Shown here one piece after another: positions 10,190 to 20,559 of a stretch of 62,620 nt of DNA. Where the stretch lies: the IMG/VR virus record IMGVR_UViG_3300048837_000408, positions 1 through 62,620 of that record; one strand, written 5' to 3'. A program made the position numbers and the translations under genes. Every line of letters begins with the position of its first letter. Positions within the stretch are counted from its first letter, which is position 1. This stretch comes from a virus. Taxonomy: Duplodnaviria > Caudoviricetes. The notes below the pieces were generated by a model. The model did no database searches. It was not told the DNA's origin and saw nothing but the letters and a program-made list of their open reading frames with translations.

Positions 10190-10961
10190 TCGTGGTCGCC
10201 GGATGCCTCAGAGGAACCCTGAGCGTGAAGCCCAGATCCTCAATACGCCCGTTCAGGACTTGATGCAAGAGATGGTGGTGCGGGAGTTCATCAATAAGAT
10301 GGCTGACCCCACTATCACAGAACTACAACGCTTCAACCTACAGATGGAACTCCAACGATTTGTGCGTGGGGATGCCTCCCTGTTAGCGCAAGCGGATGAC
10401 CCAGCAATAGCAGAACAGATCAATCAGATGCGAGCGAAACGGGCGGCGATTGATGAGGCTGAACAGAAGTTCTCAAAAGACCCGCTGAAGTTTGTGGATG
10501 AAGTGATTACGGACGCGGAGAAGAAAGCCAGTAGGCGTCCTGGGGATCAGGATCAGCGCAGAGTGGTAGCTGCCCAGAAGTACCAGACTCTCAGGCAGCA
10601 GATGGTAGCTGAACGTAAGTACCAGGAACTCCAACTGGCGAAGATGATTGCTACCGGCCCAAAACGGCTGGTTCATATCGACCCCGAGTATGAAACCGTA
10701 TCTACTCAAAATGGCCCCCTGATGCAAGAGATCCCCGTCATGGTGTCCACGATGGGCAAGCATTATCAACTAAAGACTGGCGACCAGATGGTTCCTGAAA
10801 TTCTGGCGCGGATCTACGAACAGAAAAGGCGCACCCGTCAGGAACAGCACGAACGGGAGAACGCCTTAGATTTCAGCCGGAACCGAGAAAAGACGGAAGT
10901 CGATCAAGACATGATCCAGATCGACCGCAAGTACGGTTCGAAGATGAACATTCTACAGTAG
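10176..10961 (+). CDS. Hypothetical coiled-coil protein (head/tail assembly region)
   Basis: ORF with GGAGG before ATG 10176, coupled to neighbours. Confidence 0.6.
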   Translation: MSKRNRGRRMPQRNPEREAQILNTPVQDLMQEMVVREFINKMADPTITELQRFNLQMELQRFVRGDASLLAQADDPAIAEQINQMRAKRAAIDEAEQKFSKDPLKFVDEVITDAEKKASRRPGDQDQRRVVAAQKYQTLRQQMVAERKYQELQLAKMIATGPKRLVHIDPEYETVSTQNGPLMQEIPVMVSTMGKHYQLKTGDQMVPEILARIYEQKRRTRQEQHERENALDFSRNREKTEVDQDMIQIDRKYGSKMNILQ

Positions 10962-10969
10962 GAGGCACG

Positions 10970-12118
10970 ATGGCTGAGGCAACGTCAACGAGAAAAGAAT
11001 TACGCAGGGTGATCGCCCGAGCAGCACGCCTAGAGTTCTTCAGGCGTTACTCAGCCAATGAGGTTGCCCTGACCGGAACCCCCACCACCACATCCCTGAC
11101 CAGTTCTTCACTGACGCAGGTAGCAAGCTTTTGGCAAAATGCCTGGGCGTATGTGGTGGATGGGACACAGGCCGGAGCGGAGCGCAAAGTCACCGCCTTT
11201 GATGCTGTGACCGATGCCCTCACGTTGGAGTACGCTTTAGCTGGCGCTCCGGCAGCAGGGGTAATGATTGAACTCTATGATACATGGTCGGCTGCGGATA
11301 TACATGACGCCATCAACCGGGCGATCCGCGAATGGGGGCGCATCTTCTTTGATTCTGTAATGGATCAGACCCTCATATTAAAGGAAGATACCATGGAGTA
11401 CAGCCTGACCTCCCTGGTCAAGCGGGTCTGGTCATTGCGGAAAGTGCGAATTGAACAGGCAGGCAATTCAATTACAGGTCTAACCACCAGCGCGAGCGTA
11501 GTGGGTAGTCATGTGCAACTGGTACAAACCGCCATGTTCAAGACCAATGATCAGTACAACGGTTATAAGATCAGCATCTATGATGGGACGGGTGCGGGGC
11601 AGGTTGGGGATGTGGTGGATACGGTGGCGACTGGAACCTATATCACGGTACTGGCTACCCAATTTGCTACCACCCCAGACAGCACCTCGAAGTTCCGCCT
11701 ATGGCTTCCGTCTGAACAACTGTCGGACACTTGGCCCTTGGCGAACTGGCGCACCGACTCCCCCGAGTTCCCCGACTACCTGATCCTGAATAAGCTAGAA
11801 CCATCGTTCTATGGGATGCGGATGTACCTGTACTACACGCATGTTCCAACGGAACTGACAGCGGATGCAGACACGACCGTTGTTCCCAAAGAGTTCATTG
11901 TCAATCAGGCTCTCGCCTACCTGCATGAGTCCATGATGGGGGACAATCGTTCGGATGCCAACCGCCACGCCAATATTGCACAGGTGTATCGCAATCTGGC
12001 GACCGAGTATCGGGAACGGTTTGGCACGCGCCAACCGGCTACGATGGTGCAGGTGGAGGATAACCTGCCGTATGGGGCACACGCGGATTACATCAATCCT
12101 TTGGGATGGGGTGAATAA
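10970..12118 (+). CDS. Probable head-tail adaptor (tail tubular A-like) with duplicated beta insert
   Basis: IHDAINRAI, PTELTADADT and helical C-terminus typical of podovirus adaptors; position before nozzle-like gene. Confidence 0.6.
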   Translation: MAEATSTRKELRRVIARAARLEFFRRYSANEVALTGTPTTTSLTSSSLTQVASFWQNAWAYVVDGTQAGAERKVTAFDAVTDALTLEYALAGAPAAGVMIELYDTWSAADIHDAINRAIREWGRIFFDSVMDQTLILKEDTMEYSLTSLVKRVWSLRKVRIEQAGNSITGLTTSASVVGSHVQLVQTAMFKTNDQYNGYKISIYDGTGAGQVGDVVDTVATGTYITVLATQFATTPDSTSKFRLWLPSEQLSDTWPLANWRTDSPEFPDYLILNKLEPSFYGMRMYLYYTHVPTELTADADTTVVPKEFIVNQALAYLHESMMGDNRSDANRHANIAQVYRNLATEYRERFGTRQPATMVQVEDNLPYGAHADYINPLGWGE

Positions 12119-12324
12119 TGGATATAAGAATGGGATCAACTGGGTTAATTTTCATTGTCGCAGAGGATGATGTGGATAACTACATCCTCCGCCTAATTGA
12201 AAACCGTTATCACTCAGGCAAACAGCCAGAAATTAAAGCCATCAGTAATGACCGAGATGGGAAACTCTTTATGTCATTGGATTTTGGATTGGAAAATCCA
12301 GATCCAATTTACGTGGAGGATTGA
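12118..12324 (+). CDS. Small AT-rich hypothetical protein
   Basis: 68-aa ORF overlapping the upstream stop; part of the AT-rich insert. Confidence 0.45.
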   Translation: MDIRMGSTGLIFIVAEDDVDNYILRLIENRYHSGKQPEIKAISNDRDGKLFMSLDFGLENPDPIYVED

Positions 12325-13148
12325 TGATCTGTCAAGAATGGCAACGCCTTCTCATACTTCCTCGCCAATCTGGTTTGGGGAGTGGAGTCGGCGTACATCC
12401 AGCGCAGGATTTCTTTAGCCCGATCTCCATGTACACGAACGGAGTATATCGAACAAGTGGATTGGAACATATGACCATTCCACTCATGGGGCTTTCGATC
12501 TCTCTCTGTAAAATATACTGGTGGTTGAACAACACATTCAAGAGAGTGTTGGATGCCTTTGGCGAAATTGAGACTTCCAAGTTCAACGCCGATAGACATA
12601 TCTCCGAGGTTTCGCCCAGTTTTCCTAATACTGATCCAGCCGTTTCCATCCCAATATCCTCGAAGGAAGTGAGACATGCATTCTGGGGGAACTGCTGGAA
12701 ATATTTTATTGAGAGACTTATGGGGATGCAATCCATATTGTTCAAGTTGTTCTACAAAATCCATCCCATACATAATCAATTGGGGCGTAGTAGCCTTCTC
12801 TTGAATAATAAAGTCAGAATCAATTACATCCCTCACCTGCAACAAGAGATCGTGATCTTTGGAAGTGAGAGCGGCACGTGTCCGATCTTGCCAGATGTTC
12901 CCATCCGCGAACATCAAACCCAGAAACCAAGCACTCTCCATAGACCAAGTTCCCAAGAACTCCCGGTTGTAATGGAACTTGGGATTCTTACGTCTGCGCT
13001 CACGCTGAGCATCAGAAAAATTTCTAGGTGTATATCCGACTTTTATAAGTTCACGATGAACTTTTTGCGGATATGTATTGAATTCTGCCGCAATCTCTTT
13101 CAGAGATTTCCCATCATCGTAAAGTTGTTTTGCCAGAATAGTATCCAT
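12309..13148 (-). mobile_element. Free-standing two-motif LAGLIDADG homing endonuclease with N-terminal HTH
   Basis: WFLGLMFADG and FLRGYWDGNG motifs, LARKYEK ending; GKSLKEIAAEF HTH; AGGAG RBS; antisense. Confidence 0.88.
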
Positions 13149-13215
13149 GATTTATCTCCTGTTATATTATTGGTTTATATCGGTAACATCCTAATTATAA
13201 ATCGGTTAGGAGGAT

Positions 13216-15105
13216 ATGTCAATGGCTGAGCGCCAAGGTCATGTATCAATTGATAATCAACCATATCGTGTGTCGTTAGAGACTTACCGAGTTAGGGATG
13301 TATCTGACTTTAGCCCAAGAAGCTCAACCCCTGGTGGGGGCATCATCTTCTCCGAGATGTCCCTGTACCAACCCCTCAATCAAACCGATTGGCGACATGG
13401 GTTTGGGTTCCACTGGCACACGGACGCTGCTGGGTATCAGGAAACAGTGGGAAACATTGATGCCCGCCATTCTGGAATTGTGACCCTGTTCACTGCTAAG
13501 TCTGCCAGGAAATCCGCAACGCAAGCACTCCACGGCGGATTTACGCACACCCACGCTCCCGGTTATTTCCTGTGCTGGTCCGGGGCTACCTCCGGGGTGG
13601 TGCAGAAATTCACCATTCAGTCTGGGGCGTGGTCGGCTGTATCCGCATTGGATGATCCCACCAATTTCTGCTGGACGAATGGAACCTATACCTTCTCTTG
13701 TCCCAACGGGGCGCGGATCAAGAAATCAAACGCCGCCGATCTGGAAACATGGTCGGATGCGGGTGTCAATGAATATGCCACGGACTACAAATGGTTGGTT
13801 GGACATGATGGGTTTGTGTACGCGGGTAAGGATGATACCAATCAAGTCTACTATGGGGCGGCGGTAGACCTTTCCGATTTACACGGCAGACCGGAGGACG
13901 ACCCGGCTGTGATTTATGTTGGTCCCACCGGGCGCACCGTACTGGGTGCGGTGTCCTTCATTGGGGACTTATTCTTCTTCCGCTACGATGGGATCTTCAA
14001 GATGGATAAGGATCGCAGCGCAGCCCGTAGGGTACTGGACTACAGCGATCAAGTCCATCTGGATAACTTCCGCAGTGTGACGGTCTACAATGGCTCCCTG
14101 TATTTCCCCATCCGTAACCAACTCTGGCAGTGGAATGGGACACGCACGGCAATTGTAACACCCCCCACCCTGACGGACACTTTCCCCTATGTATCCTACT
14201 CCAAGTTCGACAACCTGACCGTGATCGGAAACTTCCTATTCCTGACCGCCAAGACATCTGACGCCAATAACTTCTACGACTTACTGTGCTTTGATGGGGT
14301 GGGCTGGCAGAAATTAGCAAGACTTACCACCACCAATGGGGACAGCATCGGTTCGATGCGCTGGCTGGCGGGGGGAACTGTAAATGATTGGCTCTGGTTC
14401 AACCATTACTCGCTTACGGCTGAAGTTGCCGGGGTATATTATTTCCCACTCAGGCTGCAAGACGAGTACCCGTATGCCTCCCTCCCCACCTCCGGGCAAC
14501 ACTCCATTATTTCTTCCAAGATAGACGCTGGCTTCCGGCGTATTCAAAAGTCCAGCCCATCCGTTTTGATTGAAGCCAGTTCTCTAAGTGCGGGACACCA
14601 GTATCTCAAAATCTACTACCGTCTGAATAATGCTACTGCCTGGACTGCCTGGGGCGGGACGGATGGTACGACCAATATTATCTCAGCAAATGGTGTAACG
14701 GAACTGGTGAACCCGATTGCGGCTGGCACGATTGAATACTACTGGATGCAGTTCAGGGTGGATCTTGTGACCGACAGCGCCACGGTTTCGCCGGTACTGG
14801 AGGGGATTACCTTACGCCTCCTGATGCGTCCCGATACCGACTATGGTTATTCCTTTGACATCATCGCGGAGCAGGATTACGAATACGGACTACAGATGGT
14901 ACAGCGTGATCCCAAAGATATGATCACTGACCTGCGGGCAGCGCGAGACAGCAAAGCCCCCATTGCCTTTGTCGATCCCTTTGGGGATAGTCATCGTTGT
15001 TATCTAACCAGTGTCAACGAACTGGCGACAGAGTGGATGCCGGATGGGGTGGGGCCAAGTGAGAAAATATCCCACCGTATCACGGTCAACTTAATAGCGG
15101 TCTAA
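13216..15105 (+). CDS. Probable tail nozzle (tail tubular B / P22 gp10-like beta-propeller)
   Basis: 629 aa, aromatic beta-rich repeats, follows the adaptor. Confidence 0.6.
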   Translation: MSMAERQGHVSIDNQPYRVSLETYRVRDVSDFSPRSSTPGGGIIFSEMSLYQPLNQTDWRHGFGFHWHTDAAGYQETVGNIDARHSGIVTLFTAKSARKSATQALHGGFTHTHAPGYFLCWSGATSGVVQKFTIQSGAWSAVSALDDPTNFCWTNGTYTFSCPNGARIKKSNAADLETWSDAGVNEYATDYKWLVGHDGFVYAGKDDTNQVYYGAAVDLSDLHGRPEDDPAVIYVGPTGRTVLGAVSFIGDLFFFRYDGIFKMDKDRSAARRVLDYSDQVHLDNFRSVTVYNGSLYFPIRNQLWQWNGTRTAIVTPPTLTDTFPYVSYSKFDNLTVIGNFLFLTAKTSDANNFYDLLCFDGVGWQKLARLTTTNGDSIGSMRWLAGGTVNDWLWFNHYSLTAEVAGVYYFPLRLQDEYPYASLPTSGQHSIISSKIDAGFRRIQKSSPSVLIEASSLSAGHQYLKIYYRLNNATAWTAWGGTDGTTNIISANGVTELVNPIAAGTIEYYWMQFRVDLVTDSATVSPVLEGITLRLLMRPDTDYGYSFDIIAEQDYEYGLQMVQRDPKDMITDLRAARDSKAPIAFVDPFGDSHRCYLTSVNELATEWMPDGVGPSEKISHRITVNLIAV

Positions 15106-15831
15106 ATGCCTAGGACTACGAGAAAGACACTCAATAAAGGGTATGTTCAACTGCAGAGCCGGGTCAAACGAATCCGGCTGGATAAGAACCCGGAACGCCC
15201 CTTCCGTATGCGGGCGAAGTCTCTGATCCCTACGGAGCGTCTGCATAAATCCCCCTGGTGGTGGGTGACGCACCGCAGAGGCATCCGCCGACCACAGATC
15301 GGGGAAGAACCATTGGAGGCGCGGGCTGTTCCACACAGTCTGGTCAAGGGAACCAAGCCGGAACGAATCGTATTCAAGTGGTTATCGGATCACTACTATA
15401 TCAGCGGTGTCGACTTCGATTTTCAAAGCTCGCTTTCCGGTGGTCGTCTTGAATTGGGTGGCATAGTCGTTGACTTCATCTTCCCCATTCTGAAGATGGC
15501 TCTACAAGTTCAGGGACCAACCCACGATCAGTACGCCCGGATGCGGAAAGACAATGAACAGCGGTTGATGTTGGAGGCGATGGGCTACCACGTCTTCTTT
15601 ATCGAGATGGACATCATCTACAACGAGCCACGCTTTGATGAGTATATGCGGAGATTGCTGGGTCTGGGTTATCCCAAGTGGGGCGGGGAGGTCAATGGAT
15701 TTCATGTGGTCCACGATGGGACAGAGGAACAGATGGAGAAGTTGAATACCATCCTCCTTCTAGCCCTGAGCCTTGAACGTAAATTCAATGATGCCAATGA
15801 GAAGTTATTGGGAGTGAGGGTGGACGTATGA
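15106..15831 (+). CDS. DUF559/Vsr-like PD-(D/E)xK nuclease-fold protein
   Basis: TKPERIV, DFDFQ, VDFIFP, ALQVQGPTH, D..QR..LEAMGYHV pattern. Confidence 0.7.
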   Translation: MPRTTRKTLNKGYVQLQSRVKRIRLDKNPERPFRMRAKSLIPTERLHKSPWWWVTHRRGIRRPQIGEEPLEARAVPHSLVKGTKPERIVFKWLSDHYYISGVDFDFQSSLSGGRLELGGIVVDFIFPILKMALQVQGPTHDQYARMRKDNEQRLMLEAMGYHVFFIEMDIIYNEPRFDEYMRRLLGLGYPKWGGEVNGFHVVHDGTEEQMEKLNTILLLALSLERKFNDANEKLLGVRVDV

Positions 15832-17771
15832 CGGTTCTGGCAACACTTGAGTCAGTAGAGGAAACCCTACAGCGGATTGAACTGGTAGCCAACGAGATCC
15901 ACCAGAAGCTCACCATCTCGGGTGATCAGATCGTGGTGATTGGGGGACTGTCAGATATTTCCGAAGACCTGGGGCTGATCAAGGCGGGTGAGTTCCGGTC
16001 AGGTACGGGTGTCCCTCTCAAGAGTGGTTTTACTGGGGTGCGGATCGGCGCTCCTGGCTGGCTGTACGGCAGCACCCGCTATGCCATTGTGGGGATGCAA
16101 GCGGATGTGCTCAAGTTCGGATTATCCGTAGAGACTGGGGAGATCCTGGCACAGTTAGGTACGATTGCGGGCTGGACGATCAACGATACTCAGATCACCA
16201 AGGGCAACCTGATCATTGACAGCAGCGTACCCTCTATTGAGACTGCGGATTACAGCCCTGGTTTGATTGGCTTCAAGATGAACGGTGCTGGGAATGCGGA
16301 GTTCGCTAACGTGCGGGTGCGCGGGGAGATCCGGGCTACGGTACTGGCCTATAACGAACTGACTGCTACGGCTGGGAGCCAGGGCATCTTCAAGAGTGCT
16401 GGGAAGCTGCAATCAGATGTCACCGTACCGGCCTCCCCCACCACATTCAACCTGGACATATCCGATCCAGCTTCCGGCCATGCTCAGTTATTCGCAGCCA
16501 ATGATCTACTCCTGATTGCTACCGGAACGACAAAGACCTGGGTGAAGGTCAATTCAGCCAGCGATCAAACTACGTTCTGGCGCTACGTGTGTGTCATCCA
16601 ATCTGGGTCAGAAACCACCCACCGGGCGGGAGCCATTGTGGTGGATTACGGAGCATCCGGTCAGGGTTTCCTGTATATGACCGCCGATGATCCTGATGGC
16701 CCATTCTATTCCATCCGTACCCATGCGGGTGCACCCTGGACAACCCAAACAGAACTAGGTAGGTTCGGCAATCTCAAAAATGGGTGGGGGTATGGGGCAT
16801 CCAACATTTATGGAATTGCACTTGGAACCTATGCCGCCAACCAAGGGAACATGACCTGGGATCCCCCTAATGGGCTGCGCCTGGGGATTCATAATGTCAC
16901 CTATATGCAATTCTACAGTGATGGGGGCGTAGGAAAAGCTAAAATCCTGGGCAAGCTAGAGATGCCGGGAACCAGCAGCGCCATCTCCATTGGAGCAACC
17001 CCGCCTACCGCTGCCAATGCGGGGACAGGTGTTTGGATTGATCGGACTGGTTTCTACTCCCTGGCTTCTAATGTCTATCAAGTAAAGATAGATGCTACCA
17101 ATGGAAAGTTATATGCAGGTGGTGGCGATGTCATCCTGGACATAGATGGATTGACCTTTGCTTATGGTACTACTACCAAGACGGTTAGCTGGAAGACGGG
17201 GGCAACTGAGTATGGAAAGATACGGGTAGTCAACGCAGTTCCCGGTCAGGCTCGGATAAATTTCTACACTGATGGGATAGTAGAAGCCTACTTAGATTCT
17301 GTCTATGGCATGTGGGCATCCAATCTCTACTCAAATGAAAACGTAAAGTATAAAGGCGCATTGATTTATGAGGATGCAGGTGGGGGAACGACTCTAGTAT
17401 ATGGGTTCCACCCACTTGCTGCCCCCCTGACATCTACTGCCTGGGATGGGGACGCACGATCCACCACAGCAAAAACCAAGATCGACCTATCCTCTGTCTT
17501 TGGCGCACCCGCTGGAGTCAAAGCAGTTATGTGCGATATAGCCATCCGAGATAGTGGGAGTTCTGGGGCAGATACTTATCTAATCCTCAGTCCGAACAAT
17601 ACATCTGGATCTGGTTTACTCACGGATTGCGGTGGACAGGTGGACGATAGTTGGGAGCGTGACAATCTCATTGTACCCTGTGATGCTAACGGGGATATTT
17701 ATTTTCAGAATGTAGCCAGTGGTGCGGGCACAATGGATGTGTTCCTCACCATCTGGGGTTATTGGATCTAA
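15828..17771 (+). CDS. Tail fibre / receptor-binding protein
   Basis: 647 aa Gly/Thr-rich; GTIAGWTI and GNAEFANVRVRGEI motifs; TIWGYWI-type fibre tip. Confidence 0.75.
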   Translation: MTVLATLESVEETLQRIELVANEIHQKLTISGDQIVVIGGLSDISEDLGLIKAGEFRSGTGVPLKSGFTGVRIGAPGWLYGSTRYAIVGMQADVLKFGLSVETGEILAQLGTIAGWTINDTQITKGNLIIDSSVPSIETADYSPGLIGFKMNGAGNAEFANVRVRGEIRATVLAYNELTATAGSQGIFKSAGKLQSDVTVPASPTTFNLDISDPASGHAQLFAANDLLLIATGTTKTWVKVNSASDQTTFWRYVCVIQSGSETTHRAGAIVVDYGASGQGFLYMTADDPDGPFYSIRTHAGAPWTTQTELGRFGNLKNGWGYGASNIYGIALGTYAANQGNMTWDPPNGLRLGIHNVTYMQFYSDGGVGKAKILGKLEMPGTSSAISIGATPPTAANAGTGVWIDRTGFYSLASNVYQVKIDATNGKLYAGGGDVILDIDGLTFAYGTTTKTVSWKTGATEYGKIRVVNAVPGQARINFYTDGIVEAYLDSVYGMWASNLYSNENVKYKGALIYEDAGGGTTLVYGFHPLAAPLTSTAWDGDARSTTAKTKIDLSSVFGAPAGVKAVMCDIAIRDSGSSGADTYLILSPNNTSGSGLLTDCGGQVDDSWERDNLIVPCDANGDIYFQNVASGAGTMDVFLTIWGYWI

Positions 17772-17781
17772 GGGAGAACAC

Positions 17782-17940
17782 ATGACGAAAGAACAGTTGA
17801 TGGAAATGTTGCAACAAGAGGAAGAACAACTCAAACAATTCAGCCATGAGGTCAATGCAGAACTGGCCTTCCGGCAGGGACGTATCAAAATATTAGCAGA
17901 ACTTCTACAGAAAGAGGAACAGAATGAGCAATCCGAGTGA
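17782..17940 (+). CDS. Small coiled-coil protein (possible fibre chaperone)
   Basis: MTKEQLMEMLQQEEEQ with GGAG RBS, after the fibre gene. Confidence 0.55.
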   Translation: MTKEQLMEMLQQEEEQLKQFSHEVNAELAFRQGRIKILAELLQKEEQNEQSE

Positions 17941-18958
17941 GCGAGATTTATGGTGGGAGGCACGACAACGCACGGCACGGGAGAGTAAATCCTTCTCGTC
18001 CATAGTTCGTAATACTGTTGTGTCCCTCCCCGGTTCACCCACCAAAGTTACCTTCGCAGCCCTAGGATCACTGGGACGAGAAAAATCCGGTATCGTAATT
18101 GACCTCAATAAGTACCGAGCAGGTCGGGATCTACAGAAATATATTGATGCCGGTGTGGATGCCTTTGCTTTACGGATTGGCGGTCCCCTTCAATGGGCAA
18201 TGAATGAGTGGCGTTACACTGAGGATCCCACCTTCCGCCCCTATATGGAGCAGTGTGATAAATTGGGTGTTCTCAATCAGACCATAGGTTACATTCTTCA
18301 CAATCCATTTGAACTGTGGGTGAATGATTACAACACCCACATCGACCTGATCAATGAGTGGACCGGGGGCGGATATATGCCAGCGGCTTTAGCTCTTGAC
18401 CATGAGGTCGCTCAATGCTGGCAGGGTGGGCAGAAGATTACAGCATCCGCGCACAATCTGGTAGGTTCACTGAGCAAAGTCACGGATCTGATGACCCGAA
18501 GATTCAAGAAGAAGGTAGCTATCTATACTGCCCGATGGTTCGTCAACACCTACTATCGTGTGGAGCATGAGGTCTTTTTAGATAACATCAATCGACCAGA
18601 AATTGGAAAGAACCGTTTAGCGTGGATGGCTTGGTATCCCCAGGTATTCCCGGAGAACGCCGACTTCCAAAAAGTAATTGAACAACTGCTGGTCCCATCC
18701 GGTACACAACTTGCTAACTTGCTACAAATTGGATCCCACACCTCCGCTGATCTTTGGCAATTCTCGGATCGAGTCAAGCTGCCGGGTGATCCTACGGGGG
18801 TTGATTGTAATGTGACGATGGGAAGCCTGGATCAGTTCCGTGCAGCGTTTGGATTAGGTGCTGCCTCTGTGCCCGAACCTGAGCCAGATCCATCTCATAA
18901 CCACGCAGCGGATATTGTGAAGCTGGAAGAAGTGATTGCATCCTTGAAAGCTGGGTAA
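17924..18958 (+). CDS. Endolysin, GH25 muramidase-like
   Basis: VIDLNKY, ALDHE, IYTARWF, WMAWYP, LWQFSD, VDCN motifs. Confidence 0.82.
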   Translation: MSNPSERDLWWEARQRTARESKSFSSIVRNTVVSLPGSPTKVTFAALGSLGREKSGIVIDLNKYRAGRDLQKYIDAGVDAFALRIGGPLQWAMNEWRYTEDPTFRPYMEQCDKLGVLNQTIGYILHNPFELWVNDYNTHIDLINEWTGGGYMPAALALDHEVAQCWQGGQKITASAHNLVGSLSKVTDLMTRRFKKKVAIYTARWFVNTYYRVEHEVFLDNINRPEIGKNRLAWMAWYPQVFPENADFQKVIEQLLVPSGTQLANLLQIGSHTSADLWQFSDRVKLPGDPTGVDCNVTMGSLDQFRAAFGLGAASVPEPEPDPSHNHAADIVKLEEVIASLKAG

Positions 18959-18960
18959 CT

Positions 18961-19356
18961 ATGGGAGAGAGCGAGCACGCCTTACTTCAAACCATCGTAT
19001 CACAAAATCAAACCATGCTTCTGCGGATGGATGAGTTCGTCACGAAAGATGACCTGATGGCGATACAACACTCCGTCCAAAAACATGATGATTTTATCAA
19101 TGGTAACGGAACCGAGGGGGCGAAGTCAAGGCTGAACCTGCTCGAACTCTCCGTCCGACAACTTACTGCGAAGATAGATGAGTGGGGGAAAGACATTTCA
19201 ACCGCAATGAAAACTATCGCGCAGCAAGTGATCAATCGTATGGCACTCAAACTTTTGTTGGGGTTAGGGGCAGCATTGGTGATCCCGCTGATCTTGTGGG
19301 TAACTGGTGTGATCTACGAGGCGTCAATCCTGATCCGCCCCACCCCCATACCATAG
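18961..19356 (+). CDS. Membrane-anchored coiled-coil lysis-cassette protein
   Basis: Coiled coil, NGTEG motif and C-terminal hydrophobic helix next to the lysin. Confidence 0.55.
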   Translation: MGESEHALLQTIVSQNQTMLLRMDEFVTKDDLMAIQHSVQKHDDFINGNGTEGAKSRLNLLELSVRQLTAKIDEWGKDISTAMKTIAQQVINRMALKLLLGLGAALVIPLILWVTGVIYEASILIRPTPIP

Positions 19357-19365
19357 GAGGAAAGC

Positions 19366-19722
19366 ATGGATATTACGGTTTATCTTCAAGCGGCAATGCG
19401 GGGGGTTCCCCTGTTGTTCGTAGTACTGATGTTGGTGGAAGCCCTCAAACGAGTCAAAAATAAAGATGGTGAGCAGGCCGTGAATGATAACTGGCTGCTG
19501 CTGTCCAGCCTCTTGATCGGCTTGGTACTGGGGATTGGTTATATGGTCGCCAGTGACCGTCCACCTGCGGGGGATGACTGGTATCCCATCTTTGTATACT
19601 GGTTCGGCCTGTTTATCTACGGCACAGGATTGGGACTTCTCGCCAGCCTATTCTTCGATGCCCTCAAGGGGATCGTGGAGAAAGCGGTTGAGAAACTAAT
19701 CAAGGCGGGAATGACTGAATGA
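19366..19722 (+). CDS. Holin
   Basis: 118 aa, three hydrophobic segments and charged C-terminus, in the lysis cassette. Confidence 0.7.
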   Translation: MDITVYLQAAMRGVPLLFVVLMLVEALKRVKNKDGEQAVNDNWLLLSSLLIGLVLGIGYMVASDRPPAGDDWYPIFVYWFGLFIYGTGLGLLASLFFDALKGIVEKAVEKLIKAGMTE

Positions 19723-20474
19723 AAGGGGTTTTCCCCACTGACGAACACTTCCCCTTCCAGGATGATCGGGCACGTGAAGTCGCTATGCAAATCGTACAGG
19801 ATTTCCAGCCCGATCTCCTAATCACCCTGTCGGATGGAATAGATTTCTACAACATTTCCGCTTTCGATAAGAACCCAACAAGGGTGGCTACCAATCTCCA
19901 AAAGGAAATAGATGCTTGGGTCAAGGGGCAGTTGGAGTGGAGTAGTGCCGCCCCATCCGCAAAAAAGAAAGCGGTATTGGGGAACCATGAAGATCGTCTA
20001 CGGCGCTACTTGTGGCGTCATCCCGAGATCGCATCGCTGGATGAACTGAAATTTGAGAGCCTACTCAAGTTCGATAAGTTAGGGATCGAGTGGAGTGGGA
20101 ATGACTACGGATATGATGAGATCCTGCTCCACAAACGGCTGCTAGTCAAACACGGACATTTGATCCGCAATAAAAGTGCGATGTCTGGATACGCTGAACT
20201 AGAGAAGGAACGGTTTACTACATCGGTACTGACCGGACATACCCACCGTGGGGGTGTAAGTTATGTATCTACCCGTTTCGGCATTCAGGCTGCGTATGAG
20301 GGGTTCTGCCTATGTAAACTTGATCCAGAGTATACATCCAATCCAAACTGGCAGCAGGGGATAACACTATTTGAGGTGAATGATAATTGGCTTTCCGTTG
20401 AACCGATCCCCATCCATACAAACTTGTTCGGAAAGAAGCTCGCCATCTGGCGGGGGAAAGAGTACATGGCATAA
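19719..20474 (+). CDS. Calcineurin-like metallophosphoesterase
   Basis: DEH, SDGID, GNHE, HG and GHTH motifs. Confidence 0.88.
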   Translation: MKGVFPTDEHFPFQDDRAREVAMQIVQDFQPDLLITLSDGIDFYNISAFDKNPTRVATNLQKEIDAWVKGQLEWSSAAPSAKKKAVLGNHEDRLRRYLWRHPEIASLDELKFESLLKFDKLGIEWSGNDYGYDEILLHKRLLVKHGHLIRNKSAMSGYAELEKERFTTSVLTGHTHRGGVSYVSTRFGIQAAYEGFCLCKLDPEYTSNPNWQQGITLFEVNDNWLSVEPIPIHTNLFGKKLAIWRGKEYMA

Positions 20475-20477
20475 AGC

Positions 20478-20559
20478 AACATCACCCACGCAGGGGAACG
20501 TGGATGATGTTAGCAATATTATACTACGATATTCTCTTTTGTGGGGATTATCGTAGTAT
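20478..20559. terminator. Two hairpins between the convergent late and replication operons
   Basis: AACATCA..CCACG / CGTGG..TGATGTT and ATACTACGATA / TATCGTAGTAT. Confidence 0.6.

Noticed and set aside
7933-13215. Group I introns or inteins housing the LAGLIDADG genes
   Set aside because: Both ORFs are antisense and intergenic, and the flanking genes appear complete
12321-13229. 302-aa + strand ORF
   Set aside because: Antisense shadow of the LAGLIDADG gene, with no motifs or RBS
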